Positions 44,701 through 56,400 of a stretch of DNA of 64,000 nt are shown in pieces. Each line of letters starts with the position of its first letter. The first letter of the stretch is position 1. A model generated the notes under the pieces. That model did no database searches, had not been told where the DNA came from, and worked only from the letters and a program-made list of their open reading frames with translations. Origin of the DNA: Antedon mediterranea (taxonomy: Eukaryota > Animalia > Echinodermata); contig NC_092674.1 in NCBI RefSeq assembly GCF_964355755.1, forward strand, positions 12,772,001 to 12,836,000, in the 5' to 3' direction. Both the position numbers and the translations under genes were made by a program.

Positions 44701-47700
44701 CGTAGCGAAGTATTGACGCAACGTGATGTATTGCGTAATCACAAGTGGGAACCGACGACACAACAGTGATGCAATCGCAGGTTTGATTTCAACAAGCAGA
44801 CGGGGGCAAACACAATTATTGGAAGGGCAGTTGCTTATGTTGCGTAGGTTGCGTTACGTTGCGTCACAAGTGGGAACCAACCTTTAAAGCAAAAATAGAG
44901 AGCTGGCCGCATTCTTAGCCGATAGTTCTAAATATGGATAGATATCATCTCGTATGTCTCTACTCTACTGATTAAAGCGTGGTTCCCACTAGAACGCAAG
45001 GCAACGTAACGCAGCGACGTATTGATGAAAAGTATTGCGTAATCACAAGTGGGAACCGACGATGCAACATTGCTGCAAACATCGCAGGCTTGATTTCACG
45101 CAGGCGGGGGCAAACACAATTATTGGAAGGGAATTTGCTTACGTTGCGTAGGTTGCGTTACGTTGCGTCGCTAGTGGGAACCACTAGCGACGCAACACAA
45201 GGACGTAACGCAACGCAAGTGAATTGACCAATCACAATCTATGGCTTACTCGCTTGTGATTACTGTCTATAACTTCGCTTGTCATTGGTTAAAACGCTTG
45301 CGTTGTGTTTACGTCCTTGCGTTACGTTCTAGTGAGAACCAAGCTTTAGGGTTTAGCCAAAATGAAATAGGTAAAATTAAATAATACGTACGTACGTGTT
45401 ATTTAAATACGTACGTACGTGTTAATATTACGTACGTAATAATAATAATGCGTACGTACGTATTATTATTATCATTATTAAAAAAATGTTACGTACGTAC
45501 GTAATAGTAATACGTACGTACGTGATGTTAATATTCAGAGAAAAATTTCATTTTTAAATTTTGTTTAGCAATATTATTAATCAAACTGATTTTTGAGTGG
45601 AGAAACATAGTTTTGTATTGTATTTTTGGCTACACAATTTTAGAAATGTGTAGCAAAAAGGTTGTTTTGTATAGCTTTTTGCTATGCTACACTGGCGAAA
45701 TTATTCCCTGATATTACGTACGTACGTTGATTATTATGTACGTAATATTAACACGTACGTACGTATTAAATAACATGTAGTGTACGTGATATTAATGTAT
45801 ATTTATTTTATTATTATGTTCCCTCTAGGGCTTCATAAAATCCAAATTGATTGATTTGATATTAAATTCGATAGTTAAAGCCTTTTGAACGTTATACATT
45901 TTTAAAACAAAGTACTCAACTCCATACACTACATAGGAATAGTTGGACACAAAAATGGCTTCTAATCCATTCAAAGTCGTAACTCTTTTTCGCGCGTCAT
46001 AAATACTGCCCTCAAACGGCGAAAATTAGTTAGTATTTTTTTGCAAACGTCCTTTGATTTTTGAGCTTGTCCTTTGAGTGTTCGACTTGTCATTCGATTT
46101 CCCAATTTGTCCGTTGTTTTTGGTTATTCTTTGTTGTTTAACTTGAGTATTATTAGAATATGTATTATCTTTGTTTTCTATATTGTGTTCGTTGATTTTT
46201 ATTTTCCTTTGTAGTTTTTTTTTGTTTGTTCGTTGATTTTTGAAAACGTTCGTTGTTTTTTTAGTTTGTTCGTTGATTTTTGAAAATCTTCGTTTTTTTT
46301 TGACATAGTTCTTTGTTTTGATTTGTTACTATTATGGCACTAATGGCCGCCCATAATATAGCCACTAACGGCAAACTTAGATGAAATGAGGAAGTTGCAA
46401 GGTGAACATGTGAACTTATCGTGAACCCGGAAATTACTTCGACCCGCGTACAATTGAAATTGAATTTAAAATATACTGATGAAATCAAAAATGTTGTTAT
46501 AAAACCATTTATTATATCTTCCTATGATAGAAATATGGTACAATAGCGTAGTATATAGTACTTAAAACTAATGTTATCAAATCTGCCTTTCGCGGTACAT
46601 CTAAGATAATAGATAAGGTAGGTATCCAAGGCGGAGATTTATGCCGAAGTTTTTCCATTGTGCTCACCTATGTCAGAATTAACCATAATTTATATATAGA
46701 TACATACTGTACTTTATAATAATACTTATTGATATATTGCTAATATTATGATATTTGCATATATAGCGAAGTCCCCTTTATTTACAACCATACAGTATAA
46801 ACACAATCTTAGAATATCTCTTGCTAGATTAGATGAATTAATATTATGAACATGCACAAGTACCTTAAATTGAATTCTACAATGAAAAGGATTCCAATGA
46901 AAAAAAAAAAGTGGTTCTGCTCTAAAACGTAGTGACACCTCAAATACAAGTTGTTTGGTAAGATTGCTTGAAGGTATCCAGTGCTTTAAAAGACAACGAA
47001 GTAAACTATCTTTGATAACTGACTTCCCAATGTCAATATTACCCTTGACAAGGCACCGGTGTTCCGAACCATAATTATGTGAGAGGTACGACCGCCATGC
47101 AGTTATCGACAGTACAGTCATCCTCGCTACAAATTACAGTATCTATAATATGACCCGCATTGTGGTTGGTTCATTTACCTATATTATTTCCGGCACGCCC
47201 ATTAAATTGTAAAATTGTTATTATTTTTTTAATCACACTGAATTATATAGCACCTGTTATTAATAATATTTGTAACACTTACATTGTTTGGAAGATCCAC
47301 TTTAGCACCTGCCTTGAGCAAAATAGTGCAAACGTCTGTGTGGCCCTTTTCTGCAGCCGTATTTAAAGGTGACCATCCATTCTGAAATAATAACACACAT
47401 CATGTTATAGAAGTAGTAGTATAGTCTTCTACAAAAAAAGCTATTTAATATTGTATTGAAATCTTTTCGATGTGATCAAGTAAAACTAACTTAAAAGCCA
47501 GGTGAGGGCAAACAAATTCTATTGATCTTGCATTCCAATATCTATAGTTTCCCCTATGTTTCAAAATGTTTGTAATTTTATGTGTGTTACACGAGCTTGT
47601 TGAAAATATGCACTTTATTATCAGTGGGGGATAGTTCAAATTAGACAATAAAATCTGTATTCATTTGTACACAAATGTTGTAAATAGAGAGGCAATTTAA

Positions 47701-50700
47701 ATAAAAAACTAAAAATAAAAGTGTGGTAAAAAATGTTATCAGAGGACTAAAAATATATAATACTTCATAGTTTTATTTTCATGCTGTTGCAAAAATTATC
47801 CACCGTATATCCACCATCTTTTTTCACCTTCTATGGAGTCACCGGACATGTCATTACACTAGGTTAAACTAATTACCCACTGCAAAAAAGTCTTCCGGGT
47901 TTTTATAGCAGAATTTTACCAAATTTTGTATTTGACCATTTTAAGGTAAATCCATGTGTTTTCGTCTTGATGTCTATTACAATTATTTGATTTATGTACA
48001 ACTTACCAGATATTATATTTAAAATCCATGCCTGTACCTAAGCTTTAATTTGAATTAAGATTATTAACCTTTGATGTTTTCTTTAAGATAATGTATTGTA
48101 TATGCATGCATTTGTTTGGCTTGTATACTATTTTGTTATATAGTACGGTACTTTATTACGTAGCATTTATATATTGCAAATTCGGTAAGAAATTGTGGTC
48201 CTTAATATGAAGGATGGTGCTAGTTCTGCTGCCAGTTATTTTGCTACAATTGTCAAAGAACCTATAGATACAGTGCACTGATTAGGTAATAGAATACTGT
48301 AGTTTGATACGCTTAGTGTAATTTTGCGACAGTTGAAAACATCAACCTTTAACATTTTTTGTTGGAGACATTGATATACGCACTGTCATATGGAACTTTT
48401 AAAGTTATAACAGCCCCAAATCATATATTATGATAAAGTGGTGTTTGCGTTTGAACTGGCAGTTACGACTTAAAATGTATCCAGGCCCCAAAATGTGTTC
48501 AGATAACACATTTTGACTGCCAAATTCTTAACTATTGGTTTCATTTTGCTGTTACTGGGAGAGGATATGTTTAAAAAAAAATGTTTTACCAAATCAAATG
48601 AATACGTCGATTCATATCCATTTTGTGTACCATTTTAATAAAATCGTGTTGCTCTGTAGGCTACATCACAATATATACAAAAACAGAAAAATCACCATTA
48701 AAAAAATCATTCCCTAATATTTAGTACTCTAAATGGTAAAAACTATTACGAAATCTATGTGTATGCGTGATGATGGACCGCTTCCTTGAACTTCAAAAAT
48801 GAGATGGGTTGGGTCTTGCAAAATAAAATGTGTTTTCTAAGTAACGTGATTGCTAATCAATTAAATTGAAAGTATACAGTACGTGAAGCATAATTAACAA
48901 TACATTTGAGTTCCAACTTATCCTTACATATGGTCCCGGTAAACCATGCACCAATGATACAAGTGAGAATACTTTCAATGACTGATTTATAAAAAAAAAG
49001 ACGCAGGCCTGATGGGAGGTTTAACTTCAAAATATTTAAGTCTATGCAAAAAGTAAAAACGTTGAGCATGTGCCTTAGTATTAATACTTATTGTCGTGCC
49101 ATTTAAGATCTCTAGTGATGTATTTACAATGTCAATTCTAGAGGGGGTATTTCATACTGTAGGTGATTTACATTTTGTAATTGTACTGTAATGAGTTGAA
49201 AATGTAAACATATTAGTGTATTGATAAACACATGATGTACTGCAAACCAAACTAGTGTATTTGTGCACATAATAGTAGGTGACATTTGTATAATTGAGAC
49301 CGTTTTATTTGATACGAACAAGCATGTGAACTCATAAAAAACGTACATAATCATATAATGTAAGTACATTTTGAATGTGGACATGATATGATAAACATTA
49401 AACATGTTCCTTCTAAAAATAGATTTTTCTCAGATCACTTGGATTTCGTTCTTAAATACGGTATATTGTTTTATTTATTGTAATGCCCTGTGTTCTCTAC
49501 ATGTCGAAATAGTTAGGGTACGGACATTTATCTTAGTATTACAGGGTAACACCGTGGCTTAAAAAATATATTGTTTATTATAAAACATAGACCTTTGCAA
49601 AAGTTCTAGTTTATTAATGAAAAATATCTTAATTGAAATATACATTTCAATTAGCTGTACGCGAGTGCAAATAAAACATCTAAATGAATATGTAATTGCA
49701 AAAAGCTAAACTTATGTTTTCGAGAATTGTTGTTTTTTTAGACCACACTACTAAGTAGTTGGTGTAACTTCACATTTATGATATATTGAAACATTATATG
49801 TTAATTAGTCACCAAAAAAAAAAACCTTTGCCATATACGATGATTTAAAATTCAGAGTTTTAGTATTATAGTATTACAGTTGAACCCCCATAAGCGGTCA
49901 CCTCCCTAAAGCTTTCTCCCTCAACGGCCGTACTTTCGAAAAGCCTGTTTGTTCTTCATCTAAATAGTGAACCGTCTCGCGTGAGCGCCATCTCACGTGA
50001 GCGGCCGCGGAAAATTTGGTTACAACACATTAGATTATTTGTATGGTAAATTACCTCCCGTAAGCGGTCACAAAACAACAATACATGGCTGCAGTCGCGT
50101 GCGCAAATTTCAGGTAGTGTTTACCGACCGACCGAAGTATCAAAATACAATTTTCATACTTATATTGTGCTTTAGGCTATATAATAATAATCTTTATTTT
50201 GAAGCGGTTTTAAAATATTTATGTGAAAAACATTCCTGTGTTTTTTAGATAAGATAACTACACTTTTTGATTTTGACCGACCGGTTTGTCTGAAAATCAT
50301 AAATAATACTAAACCACCTGATCATAAACAATACAATTCAATTAACTAGAGAATGTAGAGGCCCGTTGTGTTAAGAAAGCCAAAAAAATATCGTGCATAG
50401 CCATAATACGTGATTTTGGCCCTATATCGGCAGAACCTCCCGTAATCGGCCACTTTTCAATTTTATAAAATAAGGCAATTATTAGGAATTGATACCTTAG
50501 TGGTTATAACAGCCCAGGTCTATAGTCTACTTTTGTTAAGTATGGTAAACAACATGAATTGCAGAAAAGTGAGTGCTAAATTAAACTAAATTTGAACTCA
50601 TCAAGCCCACATTTTTGTCGCAAATACTGTAGGAGCAAATCCATGCGTAAGCAACTGAAGAAAAGATATTTAGGCCTAGCCTAGATGTCATAAGTAAGCC

Positions 50701-52323
50701 TATTAATTACAATTTTCACGGTTGGTCTCTTCGGAAAATAGAGAACCCTACGAAGCCCTCTTGCCTTAGGGTTGTCCTTCACCTTGACGAGTTCGAGTTA
50801 TCCTCGTTAACGCACACCCTGCAACTAACATGAAATACACATACAGTACTCTATGACGCGAAAAAATATGTGTATAGTGTTCTGAATTGTGTCTATTCTG
50901 TGTCATACAATATTAAGTGCGAATAACCAATAAGTAAAAGTTAATATTCTATTCTGTTCCGTTTATTCAGTAAAGCCTAAATTTCATATCAGATATGTTA
51001 CTTTTCACTATGAGGACACGATTACGAAATCAGCAACAGTTGACCACATACGAATGACAATCGGTTCTTTTTAGTGGGCTGAATTATTAACATTAATTGA
51101 TTTAAACGGCCACCAACTGTCAGTACTCAGTTTAATAAACTAAGTCACACTTGTACAGAGAATTTGACATGAAAACTTTTACAGATACAATATCATTTCA
51201 CTATAAATCTTTGATATCATGTGTATATAAACAACACTGGATGTGTTTACAATTGCCATGTCACGGGAATACGGTTGAGTTTCATAGAAAACAAAGTTGT
51301 AGAGAATATAAGTTTCTGAAATATACTGTAGTGCTGCTGTGTTATCGGAGAAAGTATATAATCATTATTTTATTGTCGTCACTTTACTGATATCGTTTTT
51401 CTTTTTAAGATTTTCAATTCTAATATAATTAATACTGACAATTTATTTAATATTCGTAATCCAAAACGTGTTACTCGTAGCTCTTCTTCTGTTGGTACTC
51501 TTTTTGATATTCGTCGATGCAGAACTGAATCTTCTTTTCAATCATATATCACACGTGTTACCAGAATTTGCGCTTACAGCTGTCCCACATGTGAACGTGG
51601 CATGTACATTTGATATACATTTGAGTCAAGATATTTCATGTTTCTCTCTTTAAACGTCAAAATGAACTAATTTGTATTAATTATATTGTAGAATACTATG
51701 GTTTGGCTATTTAATATTATTGTGACTCAGACTGTTTAAAACTTAATGAAGAAATAGCTCATAATGTTTAATATGTTATAAATTCTGTATACACTACAAT
51801 AGGACGTGACGTTATTATTATATTACAGTTGTAGACTATGTATAAATATTATAATGTACCGCGATGGCAAGACTCGCATAAAAATTAATAATAACACAAG
51901 TAATAAATATTAATTTATAAAGATTAAACAAGTTATTACAAAGTTTGACATCAATTGTGACAAAACCTTGGTTAATCTGACTTTCCAATGTCAAGATTAA
52001 CCATGACGAGGCAGTGGTGTTCCGAACCATGTGAGGGATACAACCGTGCAGTTCTCGACAATTTAGTCATCCTCGCCACAAAAATGGTCTGTAATATGAC
52101 CCGCGATGTGCTTGCTTCATTTAGGTATGTTATTATTGACGCGCCCTTTAAATTGTAAAATTAAACACTTTTTAAAATCACATTGAATTATATAGCACAT
52201 ATTGTTTATGTGTGTAACACTTACTTTGGTCTGAAGATCCAATTTAGCACCTTCCTTGAGCAAAATGGAGCAAACATCTGTGTGGCCGTTTTGTGCAGCC
52301 ACATATAATGGTGACCCTCCGAT
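8426..52323 (-). CDS. Ankyrin repeat - Roc - COR - death domain ROCO protein (DAPK-like architecture, no kinase seen), 5'-partial, ~1001 aa from 22 exons
   Basis: Phase-compatible GT-AG exons in transcript order: 52225-52323, 47283-47381, 38550-38648, 31134-31236, 23027-23122, 22894-22932, 22262-22427, 21337-21437, 20492-20604, 20346-20376, 19883-19980, 18928-18952, 17675-17850, 17277-17366, 16938-17117, 15487-15729, 14832-15026, 14190-14372, 12637-12948, 12128-12205, 11560-11761, 8426-8703. They sum to 3006 nt in one frame ending in TAA. Confidence 0.85.
10089..11405 (-). mobile_element. Non-autonomous Helitron, family A, full length (~1.3 kb)
   Basis: Minus strand starts A|TC(TATATAT) and ends with hairpin CTAGATGGTACGCGAGCGAAGCGAGCGTACCAT-CTAG|T; no TSD; colinear with 36243-37555. 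Confidence 0.85.
11560..15729 (-). CDS. End of Roc and COR/C-terminal exons of the ROCO gene (6 exons)
   Basis: FAVEN...IPLKW (15487-15729); LLNFLYDLGDIIY...VVVDP (14832-15026); KGIL...LW...LVELMIRFGFIC (14190-14372); FFVP...LPDVVFPYLV (12637-12948); plus 12128-12205 and 11560-11761. These are typical COR motifs. Confidence 0.85.
13125..14113 (-). mobile_element. Diverged, internally deleted Helitron family A copy interrupted by a SINE
   Basis: Colinear similarity to 10089-11405 (cgcttcgctcg...gatggttctcgaatacacagtaatttcag...catcaggtggttaaaatcagtacc). Confidence 0.75.
13422..13611 (+). mobile_element. tRNA-derived SINE with Deu/Nin-like central domain, 3' truncated
   Basis: A box TGGCCGAGCGG and B box GGTTCGAGGC, then TCGGATAAGGACTATAAACCGTAGGTCC...GTGCACTTTAAAGAACC. 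Confidence 0.7.
16938..22427 (-). CDS. Roc GTPase domain exons of the ROCO gene
   Basis: IPYAITARG...YIEAL.EG then P-loop VIGQEGVGKTSL (22262-22427); G2 region EITDG (21337-21437); G3 IMDHGGQPIY (17675-17850); AVYLVVFDMS (17277-17366); G4 ILIVGTHKGK (16938-17117). Confidence 0.88.
23895..31007. mobile_element. 7.1-kb foldback-like palindromic element (arms ~23895-27355 and ~27541-31007, ~185-bp spacer), non-coding
   Basis: The arms are reverse complements along their whole length (mirror ORFs 24649+/30004- and 25077+/29555-). Termini TATGGC...GCCATA are flanked by direct repeat GTAAGT (23889-23894, 31008-31013). Confidence 0.85.
31860..32140 (-). mobile_element. tRNA-derived Deu-domain SINE
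   Basis: Minus strand: A-box-like TGGTGCAATGG, B box GGTTCGAGG, TCCTTAGGCAAG, then GTCCTTCGGATGGGATGTAAAGCCGTTGGTCCC...GTGCACGTTAAAGAAC...CTATTCGAAAAGAGTAGGG, resembling the DeuSINE conserved domain. Confidence 0.7.
32148..32239 (-). pseudogene. 5S rRNA-derived sequence directly upstream of the SINE
   Basis: Reverse complement ATACGGCCATAGTACGTTGAAACACCGGTTCTCGTCAGATCACCGAAGTTAAGCAACATTGGGCCCGGTT...GGGTGCTGT. Confidence 0.8.
32505..33470. repeat. Element bounded by inverted arrays of AACCACTAACGTAAC sub-repeats
   Basis: Tandem aaccactaacgtaac(acaaatc) units at ~32512-32635, and the reverse complement gttacgttagtggtt units at ~33370-33465. Confidence 0.6.
34960..38529. mobile_element. Non-autonomous Academ-like TIR element with a nested Helitron
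   Basis: ~400-bp TIRs starting TAGTCCGGTGGCAGGAGG and ending CCTCCTGCCACCGGACTA; 3-bp TSD TTA (34957-34959, 38530-38532); the terminus resembles TAGTCAGGTGGC of the element at 53475. Confidence 0.75.
36243..37555 (-). mobile_element. Non-autonomous Helitron, family A, full length
   Basis: A|TC 5' end, 3' hairpin + CTAG|T; colinear with 10089-11405. Confidence 0.85.
38550..38648 (-). CDS. Ankyrin-repeat exon (99 nt, phase 0-0)
   Basis: YGNTPLIMAAAMGHVRTCMYLIKVGADVNHLNP; TTTTCAG acceptor and GTAAGT donor. Confidence 0.88.
39708..40082. repeat. ~75-bp direct repeat, 300 bp apart, likely transposon sub-repeat
   Basis: gtttacccaactgagaaaacgtaa...gtgccaaatcctgta.catgacccc...aaaggtca at ~39708 and ~40008. 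Confidence 0.6.
41025..42417 (+). mobile_element. Non-autonomous Helitron, family B
   Basis: A|TCTATATT 5' end, (GTCT/GTTT)n microsatellite near the 5' end, 3' hairpin ACCCGCCCTGGGGCGGGT (42389-42406) followed by CTAG|T. Confidence 0.75.
43289..46364. mobile_element. Long-TIR palindromic element (~450-500-bp TIRs with AAAATCAACGAAC sub-repeats)
   Basis: TGGCTATA..TATGGGCGGCCATTAG.GCCATAATAG at the left end mirrored at 46326-46364; the arms match inward to ~43790/~45945. No clean TSD. Confidence 0.75.
43953..45345. mobile_element. Cluster of PIF/Harbinger-like MITEs interleaved with (TACG)n arrays
   Basis: TIR AGC(T/G)TGGTTCCCACTAG flanked by TAA/TTA; copies at ~43953-44158, ~44337-44516, ~44683-44883 and ~44976-45345, plus partial copies. 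Confidence 0.7.
47283..47381 (-). CDS. Ankyrin-repeat exon (99 nt, phase 0-0)
   Basis: NGWSPLNTAAEKGHTDVCTILLKAGAKVDLPNN; TTTCAG acceptor and GTAAGT donor. Missed by the ORF track. Confidence 0.88.
52225..52323 (-). CDS. Ankyrin-repeat exon (99 nt, phase 0-0)
   Basis: IGGSPLYVAAQNGHTDVCSILLKEGAKLDLQTK; TTTCAG acceptor and GTAAGT donor. Confidence 0.88.
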
Positions 52324-53474
52324 CTGAAATATTACAAACATTATGTTATAGTATTTTCTCTCTCTAAACAAAGTATTATAATATTGTCCTGGAATCAATA
52401 CGATGTGATCATTTAAAAATGACGTTATAGATTTAAATTATGCTACATAGTTAAATTAAATAAAGAGTATTAACCCTTTTCTTTAAGATAATGTATTGTA
52501 TACATATACATTTTTTGTCTTTCTTTTAGACATATAACAGTTTTTTTACAGTGCTTTATAAATATATAAAACAAATAAGTGTTTTTTCTTTTTTGGCCTG
52601 AAAAGTAAACACTTCATCCGATAGTGCTAACTGGCTGAATGTAAACTTGCAGTTACAGCTAAAAATGTATCTAGGCTCCAAATTCTGTTCATGTAACACA
52701 CTTTGACTGCAAAATTCTTACAATGATTACGGAATCTATTACGAGAGGTGATGGACTTTTTTCTTGAACGTCAACATAGTGCATTGGATAGGTTGGGTCT
52801 TTCAACATTTAATGTGTTTCCTCAATAAAGTCTCTTATAAAAATGAATCAAATTGAGATTTGCTTAATTATAACTACTGTAAGTGAAGCATAACTAAAAA
52901 TACGTTCCAGCTAATTCTTACATAGTGAATAATGGAATATTTTCAATGACGGATTTATACAAAAAGATGTAGGCCTATGGGAGGTTTAACTACAAAAGAT
53001 TTAAGTCTACGCAAAAGTAAAGTATATTTGATACTCTCATTAATGAGGTCGTGCCATTTAGGATCACTACGGTAGTGACTTATTTGCAATCTCAACTTCA
53101 GATTGGGTACCGACGCGTACCGTATTTCATGATTTAGGTGATTTTCCTTTGTTTGTTGGTTACTTTGGGTGGAATATACTGTATGGTACTGCAAATAAGT
53201 CAATCTATAATAATAACCCACTACTCTAATATTAACCCATGGGGGTTACTCTTAAAGTCACAAAAACTTATGATACAGCTGTATTTTGAAAATAAGTAGA
53301 TAATGCAGGTTGATCTTGGGAGTGGGGGAGGATTGAGTGTTTTTGAGTTCAAACAAATTTATTTATTCGTACTGTTTTATTATTTTGCTATGAGTTGCTG
53401 ACCAGGAAAGTTTGGGTGGGTTACTTTTTTCGGGTGCCTAATTTAAGATTAGTAATAGTAACCCATTACTCTAA

Positions 53475-56400
53475 TAGTCAGGTGGCTTAGCAATTTTAAC
53501 GTTACCGGCCGGACAAAAGTACCAAAATTGGTATGGAGTTTCCTTTCGACCTATCTATTGATTTTATCCGTGGAACCTACTTGATCGGGTCCGATTTTCC
53601 AAGATGGCTGCCAAAATCCAAGATGGCCGGCAGAAAAAAGGAAATGCCATATATATGGCTGTAAAACTCGTAAATCAACAAATGGGGTGTCAATTTAAGG
53701 GTTTCTGGGGTCAATGAAACAGATGCTGGTTATGCCATATTGCTCAGACCACCTATTTCCAAGATGGCGGCCAAATTTCAAAATGGCCGCTAAAAAAGGG
53801 AAATGTTGTGTATGTCACTGTAAAAATCGGAAATGAACAAATGAGGTATTAATTCAGGGGTTTCTGGGGTCACCGAAACAGATGCTGGTCAAGCCATTTT
53901 GCTCAGGTCACCCATTTCCAAAATGGTGGCCAAATTTCAAAATGGCTTCCAAAAAACCCCCAAAATTTTGTGTAGGCATATGTGGGTTAAAAATCAGAAA
54001 TTAACAAAAACAATGTATGAAAAAGGTTTACTTGGCTGGACTTGTTAATGGTTATTGGACTTATATAATAGCTACATTACAGTTTACAGTTAATTACAGT
54101 TGATTTAACCTATTTGGATGAACATGTGCATCGGCAAAGAGATGTGCAAGGCAGATTTGCCTTGCTGCATTTGCAGACTGTACAGGCCCTTTTGCAGCCA
54201 CATTTCACAAAGTCTCTGCAAGCTTTAGATGCCACTGGAATGGTAGACCAGACAGGTTCCCATGAGTTCCCAACTTTCACTCATGCATAGTCGGTTGGAC
54301 ACGGATTTGTTTGTTGAGATAACATGCATGTTGTCCAGATGCCAGCTTGGTATACGGCCCTCCTAGTGTGCTGGAGTAGTGCATTCTGAGTAGGTGGTGT
54401 CTTGTCAACAGCTTGCCGTTTCTGGCTGAACCAGTTCCATCTGAGCACTGTTAACATTCATGGCGTTACTTGTTTTGTCACAAACTACGACAACTAGTCT
54501 CTCAGAATGTAAGTGAAGATGCTCAAACGGATGTGCGGCAAGATGAAGAAAGGAGGCATCCGTAACTTCGTCATAAGCATTCCATGCCTGCCAAAACGAT
54601 TTCTTCCCATTACCTCTAAACGCTGAGGTAGTATCACATCCTGACAGGGAGTGGAACATTGGCAGGGAACGTGATTTACGTTCACCGAGATGTGCACAAA
54701 CGGCGTTGATACTGTAATGAGTATAGTTCTTTCAAGTTCCAAATGCTATCCAGAGATCAAGATCAGCATTTATCTGAGAGAGGTCATGAAACACACCGAT
54801 AAGAACAACGACAACATCTGTATCCACAGTTTGCACCTGGATGGATTTTGCTCCATTTTCCAACGGGTGTTTCACGTGAACCACAATCCTAGTGTCTGCT
54901 TCCTCTTGACTACAGCTGGACATTTTGAACTGCGTTCCAACATATGTAACATGCTCTCCAGCTGTGATATATACCGAACACTCAGGAGGGATGCTGCAAT
55001 CCGCAACTTTTGATGAAAGGAATTCAAAAAGTTCTTTCTTGTTGATTGGATCACGGAGGAAGTCATTCCAGTTGCCCGGCAGCTTGGTATCACCTGATAC
55101 TTGTCTACGCACACCTTTGCCTCGTTTCTCTCTGGTTCCCTCCTTAAGGCTATCTGGTCGGTATTCGTCCCACACAACATCCACTCGCTTTGTGTCACGT
55201 AGCTGACGTTTCAGATGGGGTATAAACACGTTGTCAGCATATTCTTGGAATGTTGAGACATTTATTACAGGTAATGCATGTACTGTCACCGCACCATCCA
55301 GAACTTTGCAGTCATATAATACAGGTGCCTCTGTGTGGTTTGATTCGATACATTGTAACAGATGACATTTGGTACCAGACAGATTAAGCTTTCAAAACTC
55401 AGACAGGGATGGAGGATACGACTGTACTTCGTGTGCAAAGAATTCACTGATGTCACCATCTCTATTTTGTAAGGAAATGTATAACTGGCCGAAGAGTGCC
55501 ACATTGTTCTCAAGCACCTTTACTTTCTTGCAATCTTTTGATTTGACTTTGAGCTTTGTTGAGAGCAAGGGTGGTGAATTCTTTGAGATTGTATCATGTA
55601 TGGTAACGACTACGATTCACGAGCACGGTCTTCACATACTCTTGATACTTCTTTGTGCCTGTATCTTCTCTAGTGTACGGATTGTATCCACTACTGCCTC
55701 ATTCGCGCAGTTACGACTATCAAGAGTTACTAACTCAGGGAAGTCATCTAGGAAGGGATTTCCCATCTTGCATATTGTGTTAGATAGACTATCAACCTGT
55801 CGCTGGAAGGTTTTCTGTGCTTCAAGTCCCTGTTCATGGTCTTCAAAGTTAGCTGGGTTTTCCGGATCATTGTCATAAATATATTCATTCTCATACTGTC
55901 TCAGAAGTCTGGCTAGCTCGGGTTCAGCAGTCATCCAGCGTCTGAAGGCAACTGGATTCTCTGTAAGTCCTACTACACCACCGGATTCTTTCACCACTTT
56001 ATTCTCTTGCTCATGCACTTGGTCTATTGGAATCGCAGAGTATCTGTGTAACGACTTTGCGATTGTCCAGTGATTCCGAGTTTCAAACTCATATTTGATC
56101 TCTTGTAGCAATGCTTTCATGTCTCTGATGTGTACAGGCAGCCACCGAGAATAGTTCACATGATCTAACGCAAAGAACAATGGCACGAGTGCCTCTAATA
56201 CAGAAACATACAATAGGAAGTCTCTCTCCCGATAGGCTCTAACAAATATGAGAATCAGAATCTCATGGTGTGCTATCATGTTCCAGAACTTGAACGTGGG
56301 GGATTTCTTAGACAATTGTTCAAACTCTCATCAACATTAGATCTCTGGTCAAATGCTTCATTCAGTAGCCGCTGAAGAACAAGGACAGTGACTTGATGGG

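Larger units (their letters stand above)
42460..46700 (-). mobile_element. Non-autonomous Helitron, family C, expanded by nested insertions
   Basis: 3' CTAG at 42460-42463 with a GCGAGCTCGCTTCGCTCGC hairpin as in family A; 5' A|TCTATATAT at 46700; the 5' ~120 bp recur at ~63498-63597. Confidence 0.65.

Noticed and set aside
32505-45790. Short repeated units (AACCACTAACGTAAC arrays, GGTTCCCACTAG units, TACG arrays) as CRISPR-like arrays
   Set aside because: Eukaryotic intronic context, no constant repeat-spacer period, mixed orientations and no cas genes; explained as transposon TIRs and sub-repeats.
55369-55878. 169-aa + strand ORF and neighbouring + strand ORFs
   Set aside because: Antisense shadows of the minus-strand transposase remnant.
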